From: Vairimorpha necatrix | Taxonomy: Eukaryota | DNA length: 64,000 nt | Assembly: GCA_036630325.1 (NCBI GenBank) | Contig: CP142727.1 | Span: forward strand, 1,302,001-1,366,000 | Direction of reading: 5' to 3' | Part shown: positions 1 to 11,201 of the stretch, piece after piece | Layout: each line of letters starts with the position of its first letter | Numbering within the stretch: position 1 is the stretch's first letter | Position numbers and translations under genes: made by a program | Notes under the pieces: model-generated | The model's input: the letters and a program-made list of their open reading frames with translations, nothing else | Told to the model about the DNA's origin: nothing | Database searches by the model: none

Positions 1-1844
1 ACACTTTTTTTTCATGTTTTAATGTTAAATCGTTTATCCTTTGAAGAATAAATTTTTAACGTGAATAATGTATATTATTTAATTCTCTGGTTTAAATGGT
101 AATCTATAATTCTTAGAGAATGGTTATTGGCATAAAATTACAAAAATAGTGCCCAATATTCTTAACGCTGTCAATAGTATTTTACTTTCTATGCCTTTAT
201 TAATTGTTTATTGCTATGTTAAACACATTTGAGACATTAATCGTGTTTATAATATTTTAAGATTATCTACCTAACTTTTTAATACAAAATACGTTCATTT
301 TCATTTTTAGAAATTTCTTTTAATTTCCAAAGACAATTAAAAGTAAAATTTCTTTGTTGTGTTTTTTTAAAATGTTTCAAGTCATATATTACATCGTATG
401 ATCTTAAAACAAATTCAAATTCGTCTGTTCAAGTATTGTTGCTTTGCGTTTATAAATTTTAAATACTTTTATTTGAAAATTTACTAATAAAGGTTACCGA
501 AAAAACTCATTTAATGTTTCTCCTGTTGTTTAGGGGGTTACGTCATATAATTTTCCACATAATTTTAATAAATGATAAGAAGAGAAATTCATGCAAATAA
601 ATTATGTACAATACGTATTTGACAATCTTTCTCTAGATTTTCGTCCCGATATTGCTAGTTTCTCGTTCATGCTGCGTATTTTCTTGAAGATTGCGCTATT
701 AATATACCTAATGACTTGTTCACCCAAATCCTTTTTATTGTTATAAATTAACATATGCTACAATTCAATTTTTCACCCTTATTTTTCATATATGTGCTTC
801 GCAATACTTTGATATTATACACTCAAAAGATATCAGCAAACTTATTAGCTAGGTTCAACCATGAATTGAGCATAAACTATTAATTAAGATATATTAATTC
901 ATCAATTTTCCGATTCCGCCCATTGTTAATTATCGAAAAATTGTATGTTATCTTTTTATCTAGATCCTTTTCTTTTTTATATATTAAATAAAATTTGGTC
1001 TTTGTGGAAAATTCGGTTAAATCTTCTCAAATATCTACCAGAAATTACAAGTATCTGTCTGCGGCCATCTCTTGTGCAGAATGGTTTATAAATAGTTTTT
1101 TGGCGATATAACAAATTTTTCGCACAATACAAGAAATGTAAAGATAAAAAATCATAGATTGTATTCGAGCTAAATAATTCTTTACATTTATTCCAATTTT
1201 TAATGCGAAATGAACAACAATTATAATTTTTTAGACGTGAGTTTATTTTCTTTACACGGAGTCATTTTTCTTGTATTGTATTTAGAAGCCGTTTTGTGAT
1301 TAGTAGGTACATTGCGATGTCTGAATTAAATCGAGAAATCTTTTATTCAAATTCTATTACTCAGAGTCCAGAGTAAAACTTTTTTACAATAAGTTTCGGC
1401 TAAAGAGAACTTACAGCCCCCGCATTTGAGGCGCTACGATTTTTTTTTCGAACCCCAAAAATGAAGTGTAAAAAAAGGAGGAGCAAAGAAGAGACGAAAA
1501 TTACTAGGCACTTATGATATTAAAAATACTAAATAAAAATATGCTTTTATACAAAAATTAATTTTTAATACATGTTTTTTACAAAATTATAAACCAATAA
1601 GCATTTTTTGCAATTCTGATTTTTTAGAATTGGGGACAAAAAACGCTCCCCTCTGAGGGCGTTCACTTTATTATTTTGAACCCCAAAAACGAAGTGCAAA
1701 ATAAAGGAGAAGCAATCATTAGTACTCAAATTACTTGCATCTTCAAACAGTAAAAATACCAAATAAATATATATTCTTATACGAAATTTAATTTAAAAAA
1801 AGAATATAACCATAAAACTTTATAATTCTAAATAACTTAACATA

Positions 1845-1892
1845 TGTCTTTATTTATCATAATGGGGATAGAAATTATACAAATATATCACA
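1845..1892 (-). repeat. 3' LTR of copy A (48 bp)
   Basis: Identical to 4609-4657 except one fewer base in the G/C run; preceded on the minus strand by PPT GAGGGGGGGA (1893-1902). Confidence 0.92.
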
Positions 1893-1915
1893 TCCCCCCC
1901 TCAAGACGGTTAGTC

Positions 1916-4624
1916 TCATCTAATTTTCACATCTACCCCAAGCATACCCTTCAGATCATAATGTCTCTTCTTCACAAGCCTACCATTACTAAGTTTTACA
2001 ATATAAGAATCCTTTCCACACTTTTCAACAATTTTTCCTGTATCCAAAAATCTTCCTTTTTCATACTTATTAACACCTGCCAAATTTTCTCGTTTAGCTA
2101 TTCTTACCAATTGACCTTTACTAAATTTTTCGATCTTTCCCTTTCCAAACCTATTACAATATTTCCCTATAGGGCTATTTGCAAGCATTACGTCTCCAGT
2201 TTTATCTTCAGTCGCTTCTAATGGTGTACATTTTATTCCCGTATGATAGCTCTGATTATATATATCGATACTTTTATACACTTTACCTTCAAAAGTTTTC
2301 GCATCCGACTTTAAAATACTTTCTCTCAAAGTTCCTATAACACGCTCTACTCTTCCGTTACTTCTATGCGCTTCTATACTTACTTGTCGGTGTATTATAT
2401 CGAGATCTCTACAAAATTTTCTAAATTCCGCGTTAATAAACTCCTTCCCGTTATCTGTAATAATTTCTTCTGGTTTCTTCCCTTGCTCACATAATCTTTT
2501 CAAAAATCCAACAACATTATTACTTGACTTGTTATTTATAACTACTCCCCATACTCTACGTGTAAAATAATCGATAGCAACTAAAACATATTTCTTCTCA
2601 TTTCTAAAGTCTATCAAATCTAATGCAACCTTCTCTAAGTATCTCGACGTATCTACAAATTCACAACCACCCATATTTTTCCTGTTATTATTAAAAAACG
2701 GTTTATTTCTTATCTCCACCAGTGCTTTGTGATCCGTTTCTATCTTGAATTTCCTACCTCTTAACTCGTATTTAAATTTATCAATGCCCCAATATATCGC
2801 AAGCATTTCCTTTTCTGATATTCCATATCTTATTTCGGTAGGTGTTAGCTTTTTAGATGCCCATTGTATAGCAACCCATTCCCCATTCTCATTCTTCTGA
2901 AGTAACACCGCACCCAATCTCAAATTGCTAGCGTCTGTTCTTAGTATGAACTCCTTATTATAGTCCGGTAATCTTAGTCTTCCCATATTTCTTAACACAT
3001 TTTTCATTTTAGTAAATTCCTCTTTCATCTCTTCCGTAAATTTCCACGAATTGCCATTTTTCTTCAAACTATCTGTCATTTTCAACGTCAGCCCGGCATA
3101 ATCTTTTATAAATGGTCTGAACCACCCAGTCAATCCTAGAAACCTCCTCAATTCCGTCAAAGTTTTTGGATCCGGATACTCCAAGGCTTCATTTTTCTTT
3201 ATTTCGTCGGCCGTCATGTCTATTCCATTCAGCGTCACACCTAATAATTTTACTTCCGCTTGTCTAAACTGTATTTTCCCAATATTTAATTTCATTTTAT
3301 TTCTCTTAATTCTTTCTATAACCTCTATTACTAATTCATCGTGTTTACGTTTATTGTTGGCATGTATTACTATATCGTCCATGTATACCTCAACACCATT
3401 TCCTCGCAAATCTTCAAAAATCATATTCATCGTTCTCTGTAGTATCTGTGGGGAATTTTTGTATCCCATCACCATACTATTCCATTCGTAAACTTTTTTA
3501 TTGAATTCAAACGCCGTCTTATGTTTATCTTTTTCTTCGATTTCAAAATGGTAAAATGCTTCTTTGCAATCAACAACAGTAAATATTATCGACCCTTGCG
3601 TAGCTCTTATTATTTCTCTCATATTCGTTAGCTCATACGGGTCTTTCTCGACTAAATCATTCAACCCTATAAAATTACTAACTACTCTTACTTCACCACT
3701 TGGTTTAAGTATCGCTCTTATTGGGTTTCGCCATTCCGAAGACGATCTTCTTATAATTTTTCTATTTTCTAAATCATTAATATATTCCTCAGTCTGTTTG
3801 ATCAAAGCCTGTGGGATCGTCTGTCCCTTTCTGACTATCTTCTTACCCTCTGGAGTATCTATCTTACACTTCTCTAATGTACAATAACTTATAACCTCAT
3901 CTCCTTGTTTAAAAACTTCTTCATATTCCGCTTTGAGATCTTCCAACGTAAATTCCCTCTTCAGTAATCTTCTTTTCGTCTCTTTATTGCTCGCATATAT
4001 TCTTTCTTTATGTCTTCTATCACTATTATCACATTCCTTTAACTTAACTCGTTTTGTCTTTCCACTTGGTTTATATTCTTTATTATCATTACTGCTACTA
4101 CAACTTTGGTTTTCGTCTAAATTTAAGTACTTATTAAACTTTTTATTATTTTTCTGATTATTGTTCCTTCCTAAATAGCAGTTCCTAGCCATATGACCAA
4201 ATTTACCACAATTAAAACAATTCCTATTATTTCTTATTTCTTGTACTGTACTCCTTAAAACTAAATCTTTCTCTTGAATTTCTTTTCTCACAGTTTCTCT
4301 AACATTCTCAGCTATGACCTCCATAAGTTCTCTCCTATTTTCTTCTTCTTTTTTAGTTCTTTCTTCTCTACATATTTCCTCCTCTAATTTTTCAATTATT
4401 TTATAATATTCGTCCTCTTTACTAATTCTTTCTACCATGAAATTTTTTATTTCTTCACTTCCTTCCATAAATATTCTCTGCTTCCACAAACTGATTTCTA
4501 CTTCCTCCATCTCCAACCTATACATTATTCTTCTAACTTCCTTTATTAACTTTTTGGCCTCTAGACCACAGTCCACACTTGTAAACTGACGATTCGGTAT
4601 CGCCCCCATGTCTTTATTTATCAT
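1916..4624 (-). CDS. Gag-Pol polyprotein (short Gag with CCHC knuckle, RT, RNase H, integrase core; no protease motif; integrase zinc finger deleted)
   Basis: CFNCGKFGHMARNC knuckle; RT YMDD; RNase H TDAS and TDH; integrase IDYFTR, TDNG, SNGRVER. The ATG lies inside the 5' LTR after a CCCCC run. Confidence 0.9.
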   Translation of the reverse strand: MINKDMGAIPNRQFTSVDCGLEAKKLIKEVRRIMYRLEMEEVEISLWKQRIFMEGSEEIKNFMVERISKEDEYYKIIEKLEEEICREERTKKEEENRRELMEVIAENVRETVRKEIQEKDLVLRSTVQEIRNNRNCFNCGKFGHMARNCYLGRNNNQKNNKKFNKYLNLDENQSCSSSNDNKEYKPSGKTKRVKLKECDNSDRRHKERIYASNKETKRRLLKREFTLEDLKAEYEEVFKQGDEVISYCTLEKCKIDTPEGKKIVRKGQTIPQALIKQTEEYINDLENRKIIRRSSSEWRNPIRAILKPSGEVRVVSNFIGLNDLVEKDPYELTNMREIIRATQGSIIFTVVDCKEAFYHFEIEEKDKHKTAFEFNKKVYEWNSMVMGYKNSPQILQRTMNMIFEDLRGNGVEVYMDDIVIHANNKRKHDELVIEVIERIKRNKMKLNIGKIQFRQAEVKLLGVTLNGIDMTADEIKKNEALEYPDPKTLTELRRFLGLTGWFRPFIKDYAGLTLKMTDSLKKNGNSWKFTEEMKEEFTKMKNVLRNMGRLRLPDYNKEFILRTDASNLRLGAVLLQKNENGEWVAIQWASKKLTPTEIRYGISEKEMLAIYWGIDKFKYELRGRKFKIETDHKALVEIRNKPFFNNNRKNMGGCEFVDTSRYLEKVALDLIDFRNEKKYVLVAIDYFTRRVWGVVINNKSSNNVVGFLKRLCEQGKKPEEIITDNGKEFINAEFRKFCRDLDIIHRQVSIEAHRSNGRVERVIGTLRESILKSDAKTFEGKVYKSIDIYNQSYHTGIKCTPLEATEDKTGDVMLANSPIGKYCNRFGKGKIEKFSKGQLVRIAKRENLAGVNKYEKGRFLDTGKIVEKCGKDSYIVKLSNGRLVKKRHYDLKGMLGVDVKIR
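4591..4608 (-). promoter_or_regulatory. Primer-binding site, probably tRNA-Pro
   Basis: TGGGGGCGATACCG abuts the LTR. Its complement ...TATCGCC-C-CCA fits a tRNA 3' end with a C discriminator, as in eukaryotic tRNA-Pro. The same 13 nt occur at 47348-47360. Confidence 0.65.
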
Positions 4625-4657
4625 AATGGGGGATAGAAATTATACAAATATATCACA
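4609..4657 (-). repeat. 5' LTR of copy A (49 bp)
   Basis: Minus strand reads TGTGATATATTTGTATAATTTCTATCCCCCATTATGATAAATAAAGACA. Confidence 0.92.
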
Positions 4658-4745
4658 ACATATTTAAATTAAATTTTTTGATTTAACAATCTGTATAGAT
4701 CGTTGAACATTTATTTAAATTTTCTTATATAAATAATATTTATAA

Positions 4746-4818
4746 TTTTAATTGTTGGTTTATTATAAAAGTAGATTTTCTTCAAAAATCTACTTTCATA
4801 ATAAACCAACAATTAAAA
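4746..4818. repeat. Near-perfect palindrome/hairpin (~35-bp arms) inside the MITE
   Basis: TTTTAATTGTTGGTTTATTATAAAAGTAGATTTT ... AAAAATCTACTTTCATAATAAACCAACAATTAAAA. Confidence 0.8.
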
Positions 4819-4878
4819 AAAATTGAAAAAATAAGAAGGGCGAAAAAAGACACAATACTTCAAATGATTATTATAACT

Positions 4879-5228
4879 TGTCAGGCTGCAGACCTGCACT
4901 GACGATACGGCTTCCAGTTAAACAATAATAATTGGACCTGTCAAACATCTCGAAGTAGTGTAAACAAACATTGAACATTTGACATGCACAAACTAAAAGT
5001 AGGAAAGGTGCATGTCACATGACGTACTACTACTTTAGTAGAACTTTGGTTTCTTGTTTGTTTGTTTACATCTTAAAGAGTTTGACAGTTAATCTAATTA
5101 ACTATTTAAACGGAATTTACCCCTAACCCACAATTCCGATGAGCAACAAAAAAGATAACAACTTAAATAAATATGTTAACTTAGACTCACCCTCTTCTAC
5201 TTCGGATCAGGCTACATGCCGGATCACA
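4879..5228 (+). repeat. 5' LTR (350 bp)
   Basis: Direct repeat of 8925-9270; differences seen are two substitutions and one 4-bp TGTT indel. Confidence 0.95.
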
Positions 5229-8200
5229 AATGGCGACAACGAAGAGATTTGTAAAGAAGAAAATATGGATTCAATACTCTTAAAATTAAAAAATTTAATG
5301 TCAATGGAAAAGTGGATAACTTTTCAAGGACTAAAAACTGAACATCCAAAGACATTTTTAGGGCAATTCTTAGAATATGAGAAGCAATGGCCTCAGAGCA
5401 CCCTATATGCAAAAGCGACTTCAATGCTTAAGGGAAAAGCCGAACTATGGTTTAGAGCGAATGAAGAATCGATGCTCACATATAAGCAATTTGTTGAAAA
5501 TTTTAAACGTAATTTTATTAAAAGAGAATCAGAAATAGATAAAACTGAAAAGTTCTGGGACCTAATCAGGGAAGGCCCAATTCATCCAGATATGCTGTCA
5601 TACAGTTACAGCCTACATATATACGCTGGACAATCAGAATCCTTATTTAAAAGAAGTAAAGAGAAACTCAGAGATTTATTAGATGACGAATACCTTCGCG
5701 ATGGTATAGAAAGATGTCATGATTGGAACGAGTTAGAGGAATACATAAAGTTAAAAGAAGAAAGATTAAACAAAAAAATTCGAATCTTCTATAAAAAACA
5801 ATATAAAAATAAAAACGAATATAAAAATAAGAATGAATATAAAAATAAAAATGAATATAAAAGTAGTGAAAGAAAAATAGACTACAGGGGCAACGAGACA
5901 AGAGTCAGCCCCGATTCAAAGCCTTATAAAAAAGAATTATTTAAAAAGAATGAGCAAAAGAAAGCTCTAATTATCTCAGCAAAACTACTAAAAGTAAATG
6001 ATCGAAGACCAAGAGTAAAATTAAATTTTGAAGATCAAGTTATAGTAGCATTATTGGACTCAGGGGCTAACGTATCAGTTATACGTAGAAAAGAAGCGGA
6101 AGAGCTGAGTGATGAAATTCTAAAGGAAAAAGGAGAAATAAAAGGTTTTAATGGAACAAGCAGAGTGATAGGCTCATGTAAACTTAAAATAAAACCAAAT
6201 AATCGCTCAGGAGCGGAAACAATTACCTTATTAGTGGTGAATGATATGGAGGAAGCGATAATTCTTGGAATAGAAGAAATCGAAAAATTAAATATGATAG
6301 ACTATATCCCAATAAATCAAAAGAAAGTCGGTAAAAAAAGATCAATACCTAAGAAAAAAAGGATTGTATTAAACGCGGAAGTTACTACAAAGAAGGAAGA
6401 TAGTAACCCGGATTTGAATGAATTAATTAAGAACATCAAATGTGAAAACACACTGTTAAGAAAGAAGTATACACACACTCTTGAAAAATATACTAAACTA
6501 TTCTCTGATGATAATTCTTTAAATAATATCGAGATCGAACACGCGATCGAATTAGTAAATGGAGCTACTATGTCTCCATGCCCAAAGTATAAAAGATCCC
6601 CGGAAGAACACAAGATCATTCGAGAAGAAGTTAAGAAATTTATTGAAAAGGGCATAATTGAGGAGAGTGAAAGTCAGTATATATCACCAGTGGTACTAGT
6701 AAAAAAAAAGGATGGAGGTATTAGGTTTTGTATAGACTTCCGACGATTGAATAAAATAACAATACCATATGAATATCCGATACCAAGGATTGATGAGACC
6801 CTGGATCAACTACAAGGGGCTAAAATATTTAGCACAATGGACGTTGAATCGGCTTATAACCAGATATCTGTAAGGCAAGAAGATAGATTTAAGACTGCTT
6901 TTTACACACGAGAAGGAATCTATCAATGGAGAAAAATGCCTTTCGGGTTAATTAATGCACCCTTCACATTTCAAAAGATCATGAATAAGTACTTTGCGAA
7001 ATATATGCACAAATTTGTAACAATATACTTAGATGATATTTTAGTATATTCAAACGATCATGATAGCCATCTACAACATTTAGAGACTATTCTGAGTATT
7101 ATTAAGAAGGTAGGGCTGAAACTAAATAAGAAAAAATGTCAATTTGTACAGGAAAGTGTGGAATTTCTTGGATTTAGTGTGTGCAACGGAGAGATTTCAA
7201 TACCTTCGCAGCAAAGGATGCGTTCAATCAATTGGCCCGAACCGAAGACAAAAAGAGATGTCAGGGCTTTTAATGGATATTCTTCATTTTTTAGCAAGTT
7301 TATTAATAATTACGCAGATAAAATGAATCCATTATACGATACGATTAAGGGAGCTAAAAATTCAAAACTGAAAATGACAGAAGAAGCTTTGCAAGCATTT
7401 AATAATATGAAAAAGGAAATCGCCAATGCATCTGGCTTGAAACTACCAGATTTTAGAAAGAAATTTTACTTATATACAGATGCATCAAAACTGGCATTGG
7501 GAGCAGTATTACAACAAGAAGATGAACATGGAGAATTGAGACCCATTATATGCATCTCAAGAACTTTGAGCCCAGCAGAAATTAACTACACGGTAACTGA
7601 AAAGGAGTGCTTAGGTGTAGTGTGGGGAGTTAAAAAACTACGAGTTTATCTGACACAACAGTTCATAATAAGGACAGATCATCAAGCATTAAAATGGCTA
7701 CTAAATCTAAAAGATGCTACAGGTAGACTAATGAGATGGATATTGACCTTACAAGAGTATAAATATATAATTGAATACATACCTGGAGAAGAAAATGTAA
7801 TGGCCGATGCACTCAGTAGAATTGTGATGATAGCATCAAATACTCAAGAAGAGGAAAAGCTATCCGCCGACGAGAAGGTTCGAGTAATACTAAAAAGTCA
7901 TCACGAGTGCGGACATGGCGGTGTTGATGCAACATACGTACTCACATTGAGAGAAAAAAATGGAAAGGCATGTATAAGGACGTGATCGAAACGATAAGAA
8001 GATGTAACATATGTAATCGACATTCACGTGGGGCCACTAATTTACAGAAAATCAGACTTCCACTGATGAATCCCCTGGATAGAATAGGGATAGACCTAGT
8101 AGGTCCTCTGCCGAAAAGTTATAATGGAAATAGATACGTAGTAATTACAACGGATTATGTAACTAGATGATGCGAAGCAGACGCAATAAAATCTAAATCT

Positions 8201-8884
8201 ACAAATGTGATTGCTTTATTTATACTAAAGAAGATAATTTGCCAACATGGACCACCTAAGGAAATATTGTCTGATCAAGGCACGGAATTCACGAGCAGAT
8301 TAATAAAAACTATATGTGGCATGATGAATTGTAAGAAATCGTTTACTTCAAGTTACAACCCGAAATGTAATGGGTTGGCAGAGCGCACTAATCAAACCCT
8401 AATAGGTAAACTAGCTAAATTAGTTGATGGTAGGTGGAAACAGTGGGATGAATACCTCCCCTATGCGATATTTGCTTACCGAATATCTCCAAGAAAACAA
8501 TCTAAAAGGTCCCCGTACGAACTTTTATATGGGAGATTGCCAAATATGTTTCTAGAGGCCAAGTTAGATGATAATATCCTTGAAGATAACGGCCTTATAG
8601 TCGAGAGATTAAACGAATTTCGTAAATTAATGATAAATGAAGAAAAAGAAATACGCGCAAAAGAAATAACAAATGTTAAGAAGGGTAGAAGCCTTGACGA
8701 TATTGAAGAAAATGATTACGTAAGAAGGAAAAAACTGTTAACTGAAAAAGAGAATAAGTTAGATGCAAACTTTGATGGAATCTATAAAGTCATAAAAAAA
8801 GGGAAGAATGGAAACTATGAAATTGAAGGTTTAAATGGAATGCGATACTCAGTGAATCGAAAAGACTTAATGAAAATTGAATAG
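5139..8884 (+). pseudogene. Gag-PR-RT-RH-IN polyprotein, disrupted in the integrase
   Basis: Protease LLDSGA; RT YLDD; RNase H TDAS; integrase HHCC, SDQG, NGLAER. Frameshift in the A-run near 7955 and an in-frame TGA at 8168-8170 where Trp is expected. Confidence 0.9.
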
Positions 8885-8924
8885 TCAGATCCAATAGATT
8901 GGATTCTTTCGAAGGAGGGGAGAG

Positions 8925-9270
8925 TGTCAGGCTGCAGACCTGCACTGACGATACGGCTTCCAGTTAAACAATAATAATTGGACCTGTCAAACATCTCGAA
9001 GTAGTGTAAACAAACATTGAACATTTGACATGCACAAACTAAAAGTAGGAAAGGTGCATGTCACATGAAGTACTACTACTTTAGTAGAACTTTGGTTTCT
9101 TGTTTGTTTACATCTCAAAGAGTTTGACAGTTAATCTAATTAACTATTTAAACGGAATTTACCCCTAACCCACAATTCCGATGAGCAACAAAAAAGATAA
9201 CAACTTAAATAAATATGTTAACTTAGACTCACCCTCTTCTACTTCGGATCAGGCTACATGCCGGATCACA
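8925..9270 (+). repeat. 3' LTR (346 bp)
   Basis: Direct repeat of 4879-5228, preceded by the PPT. Confidence 0.95.
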
Positions 9271-10079
9271 TAACTAAATCTAAAATTAATTTTTGTATAA
9301 AAGCATATTTTTATTTAGTATTTTTAATATCATAAGTGCCTAGTAATTTTCGTCTCTTCTTTGCTCCTCCTTTTTTTACACTTCATTTTGGGGGTTCGAA
9401 AAAAAAATCGTAGCGCCTCAAATGCGGGGGCTGTAAGTATCCCAGCTCCTAAGTTTCTTATTGTTGACGTTGTAAATGTCGTTCCAAGCTTTAACTAAAA
9501 TTTTCCTAATTATTAAGTTCTTTATACTGAATTTTAAATTCGTGTATCTTCTTATGGCCAAGCATGTTTCTTTGTCTTCTATTAAAATTGTAGCTCTTTC
9601 ATGATACGTGTTTAGTTTCGGGCGCAAAGGTCTGGGCCTTGACTTTCCTATATTTTTATGTACTGAATGCGGGTCTATATCGTAGAGTGGGTAAATGTTT
9701 TGTACCAAAAGTATGCTTAAAGTCGAAATTTAACAGATTTGTTCGAATTTCATTCGAATTATAATTTTTTGAGCCATAAACTTTTTTCGATATTATTTTC
9801 AAGACTATCTTGCACTAATGTTATGCCTGGAGGCACTTGAAAGTTGTTAAAAATCTTTAAGACACACTTGAGGCAATATGTAGCTAATGTATGAAATTTT
9901 ACTAAAATTGCCATATAATCTACGAATCGTCCTGTGATAATTCAATTAACCTCAGGAGATCGGTACATATACTGCCACGAGTTTAGTATTAGAAAATATG
10001 GGATTTCTAAGCATCGATTGGAGTTTTAAGTAATCATTTTCTACTTTTCGAATCCCTATTCATACTTATTTGTATGTTT

Positions 10080-10390
10080 TAACGTGTTTACCGGAAAGCT
10101 TGCCTGTGGCAAAGAAGCATTCAATAATGCTACGGTTTGGAGTGCCGTGAAAACCGAAGTTTAGATAGTTTGAAGGAAAATATTGTTTATTGTCACAAAA
10201 AGAGTTTGGCTTATCTGAATTAAGAAGGAAGAGTGTTTGTTAGTGTTCGAGTGATGTACCATGTTGTTCATGGATTTTCTTTATTTATATTACATGGTAA
10301 CCAATAGAACAGAAATGTGATGTGACTGACCATAATAACTGACTATCATTGATCATTCCTGGGAAGCATCAACGTTTTAGTTCTCATTAA
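10080..10390 (-). mobile_element. Decayed PIF/Harbinger-like transposase fragment
   Basis: Minus-strand fragments FPGMINDSQLL and RSIIECFF resemble the Harbinger PGSxHDS and RxxIExxF motifs; heavily frameshifted. Confidence 0.4.
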
Positions 10391-10554
10391 TTATTTATAA
10401 ATCATGTGGTATGATCCGCTATACCACAGTTTTGTATTCGTTTTATGAAAAAAAAGCCTATACATAACATAAACAAAACTCCTATGATCAACTTCATGTT
10501 TCTTTAGTGCTATAAAAAAATTTATGAAGCACATAAAAAAGATTTTAAACACCA

Positions 10555-10870
10555 AAAAAAATTAGGGGGAGGGGTTGAAGAAGTACGAAGAATCGATGAA
10601 ACGGTTATGATAAAAGGAAAATTTATCAAATCGCTATCGGAAAGACATAACAGTATATTTTACTTGGTTGGGGATAAAAAACAGATTAAGATTAGAATTG
10701 GAAGTGAAAATTATCTTAATTGGACCATGACTATACATACAACGACTTAATTTTTTAAGAAATACATAAAAACAAAAGCGTTTTGTGTAACTGATTTGCA
10801 TAAATTCTATTTCGCTTCAATAAAATCTATCAACGGCGAACACGGCATTGTAATTCATGACGAAGGCCCG
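10555..10870 (+). mobile_element. Decayed Merlin/IS1595-like transposase fragment
   Basis: Fragments LGG...RIDET and CVTDLHKFY...HGIVIH resemble the Merlin IGG..VEIDE, TDxxxxY and HxxVNH motifs. Confidence 0.55.
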
Positions 10871-11098
10871 AAAAAAAGCTGGAGAGACTATAGATTCAAT
10901 AGAAGGGTATCATTACATCTTAAATGTTATAATAATTAGAAAAGAGGATAGAGATTGTGCTATTCTGTTTTTTTTTAAAAAATGTAATTAGATTAGAAAT
11001 AGTGCAATTTATAAAAAGATCCAGAGTTACAAAGTTTTTATTTAAAAATATTAATTTTTTCTTGTAATATGATGATTTTGTTATTTGTTTTTTTTTTT

Positions 11099-11180
11099 GT
11101 TAAAGAGAACTATCAGCCCTTGCATTTTAGGTGCTACGATATTTTTCGAACCCCCCAAAATGAAGTGTAAAAAAAAGAAA
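11099..11180 (+). repeat. Diverged second copy of the Merlin-MITE left terminus
   Basis: TAAAGAGAAC...CAGCCC..GCATTT.AGG.GCTACGAT...CGAACCCC...ATGAAGTGTAAAAAAA matches 1401-1477. Confidence 0.75.
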
Positions 11181-11201
11181 CCCTGAAGAAAAGAAAGAAA
11201 T

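Larger units (their letters stand above)
1845..4657 (-). mobile_element. Ty3/Gypsy LTR retrotransposon with ultra-short LTRs (copy A, internally deleted)
   Basis: TG...CA LTRs at 4609-4657 and 1845-1892. 5-bp TSD ACATA (1840-1844 and 4658-4662). PBS directly after the 5' LTR, G-rich PPT directly before the 3' LTR. Domain order RT-RH-IN. Confidence 0.93.
4879..9270 (+). mobile_element. Ty3/Gypsy LTR retrotransposon with ~350-bp LTRs
   Basis: LTRs 4879-5228 and 8925-9270 (TG...CA). TSD TAACT (4874-4878 and 9271-9275). PBS TGGCGACAAC at 5231 (tRNA-Ser-like). PPT GAAGGAGGGGAGAG at 8911-8924. Confidence 0.95.
1398..9449. mobile_element. Merlin-type non-autonomous DNA transposon (MITE, ~840 bp once the nested inserts are removed) containing two LTR retrotransposons
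   Basis: ~155-bp near-perfect inverted repeats (1409-~1566 vs ~9281-9438). Imperfect termini 5'-GGCTAAAGAGAACTTACAG / 5'-GGAGCTGGGATACTTACAG both start with GG. Exact 8-bp direct repeat TAAGTTTC at 1390-1397 and 9450-9457. GG termini with 8-9 bp TSDs are typical of Merlin/IS1016. Confidence 0.8.

Noticed and set aside
1844-4157. Plus-strand ORFs opposite the Gypsy polyprotein, and similar antisense ORFs at 6317, 14298, 22426, 35379 and 49271
   Set aside because: Antisense shadows of real coding sequence with no independent motifs.
8160-8175. TGA read as Trp (alternative genetic code)
   Set aside because: Host genes use TGG for Trp and the kinase ends in TGA; this is a point mutation in a decaying element.
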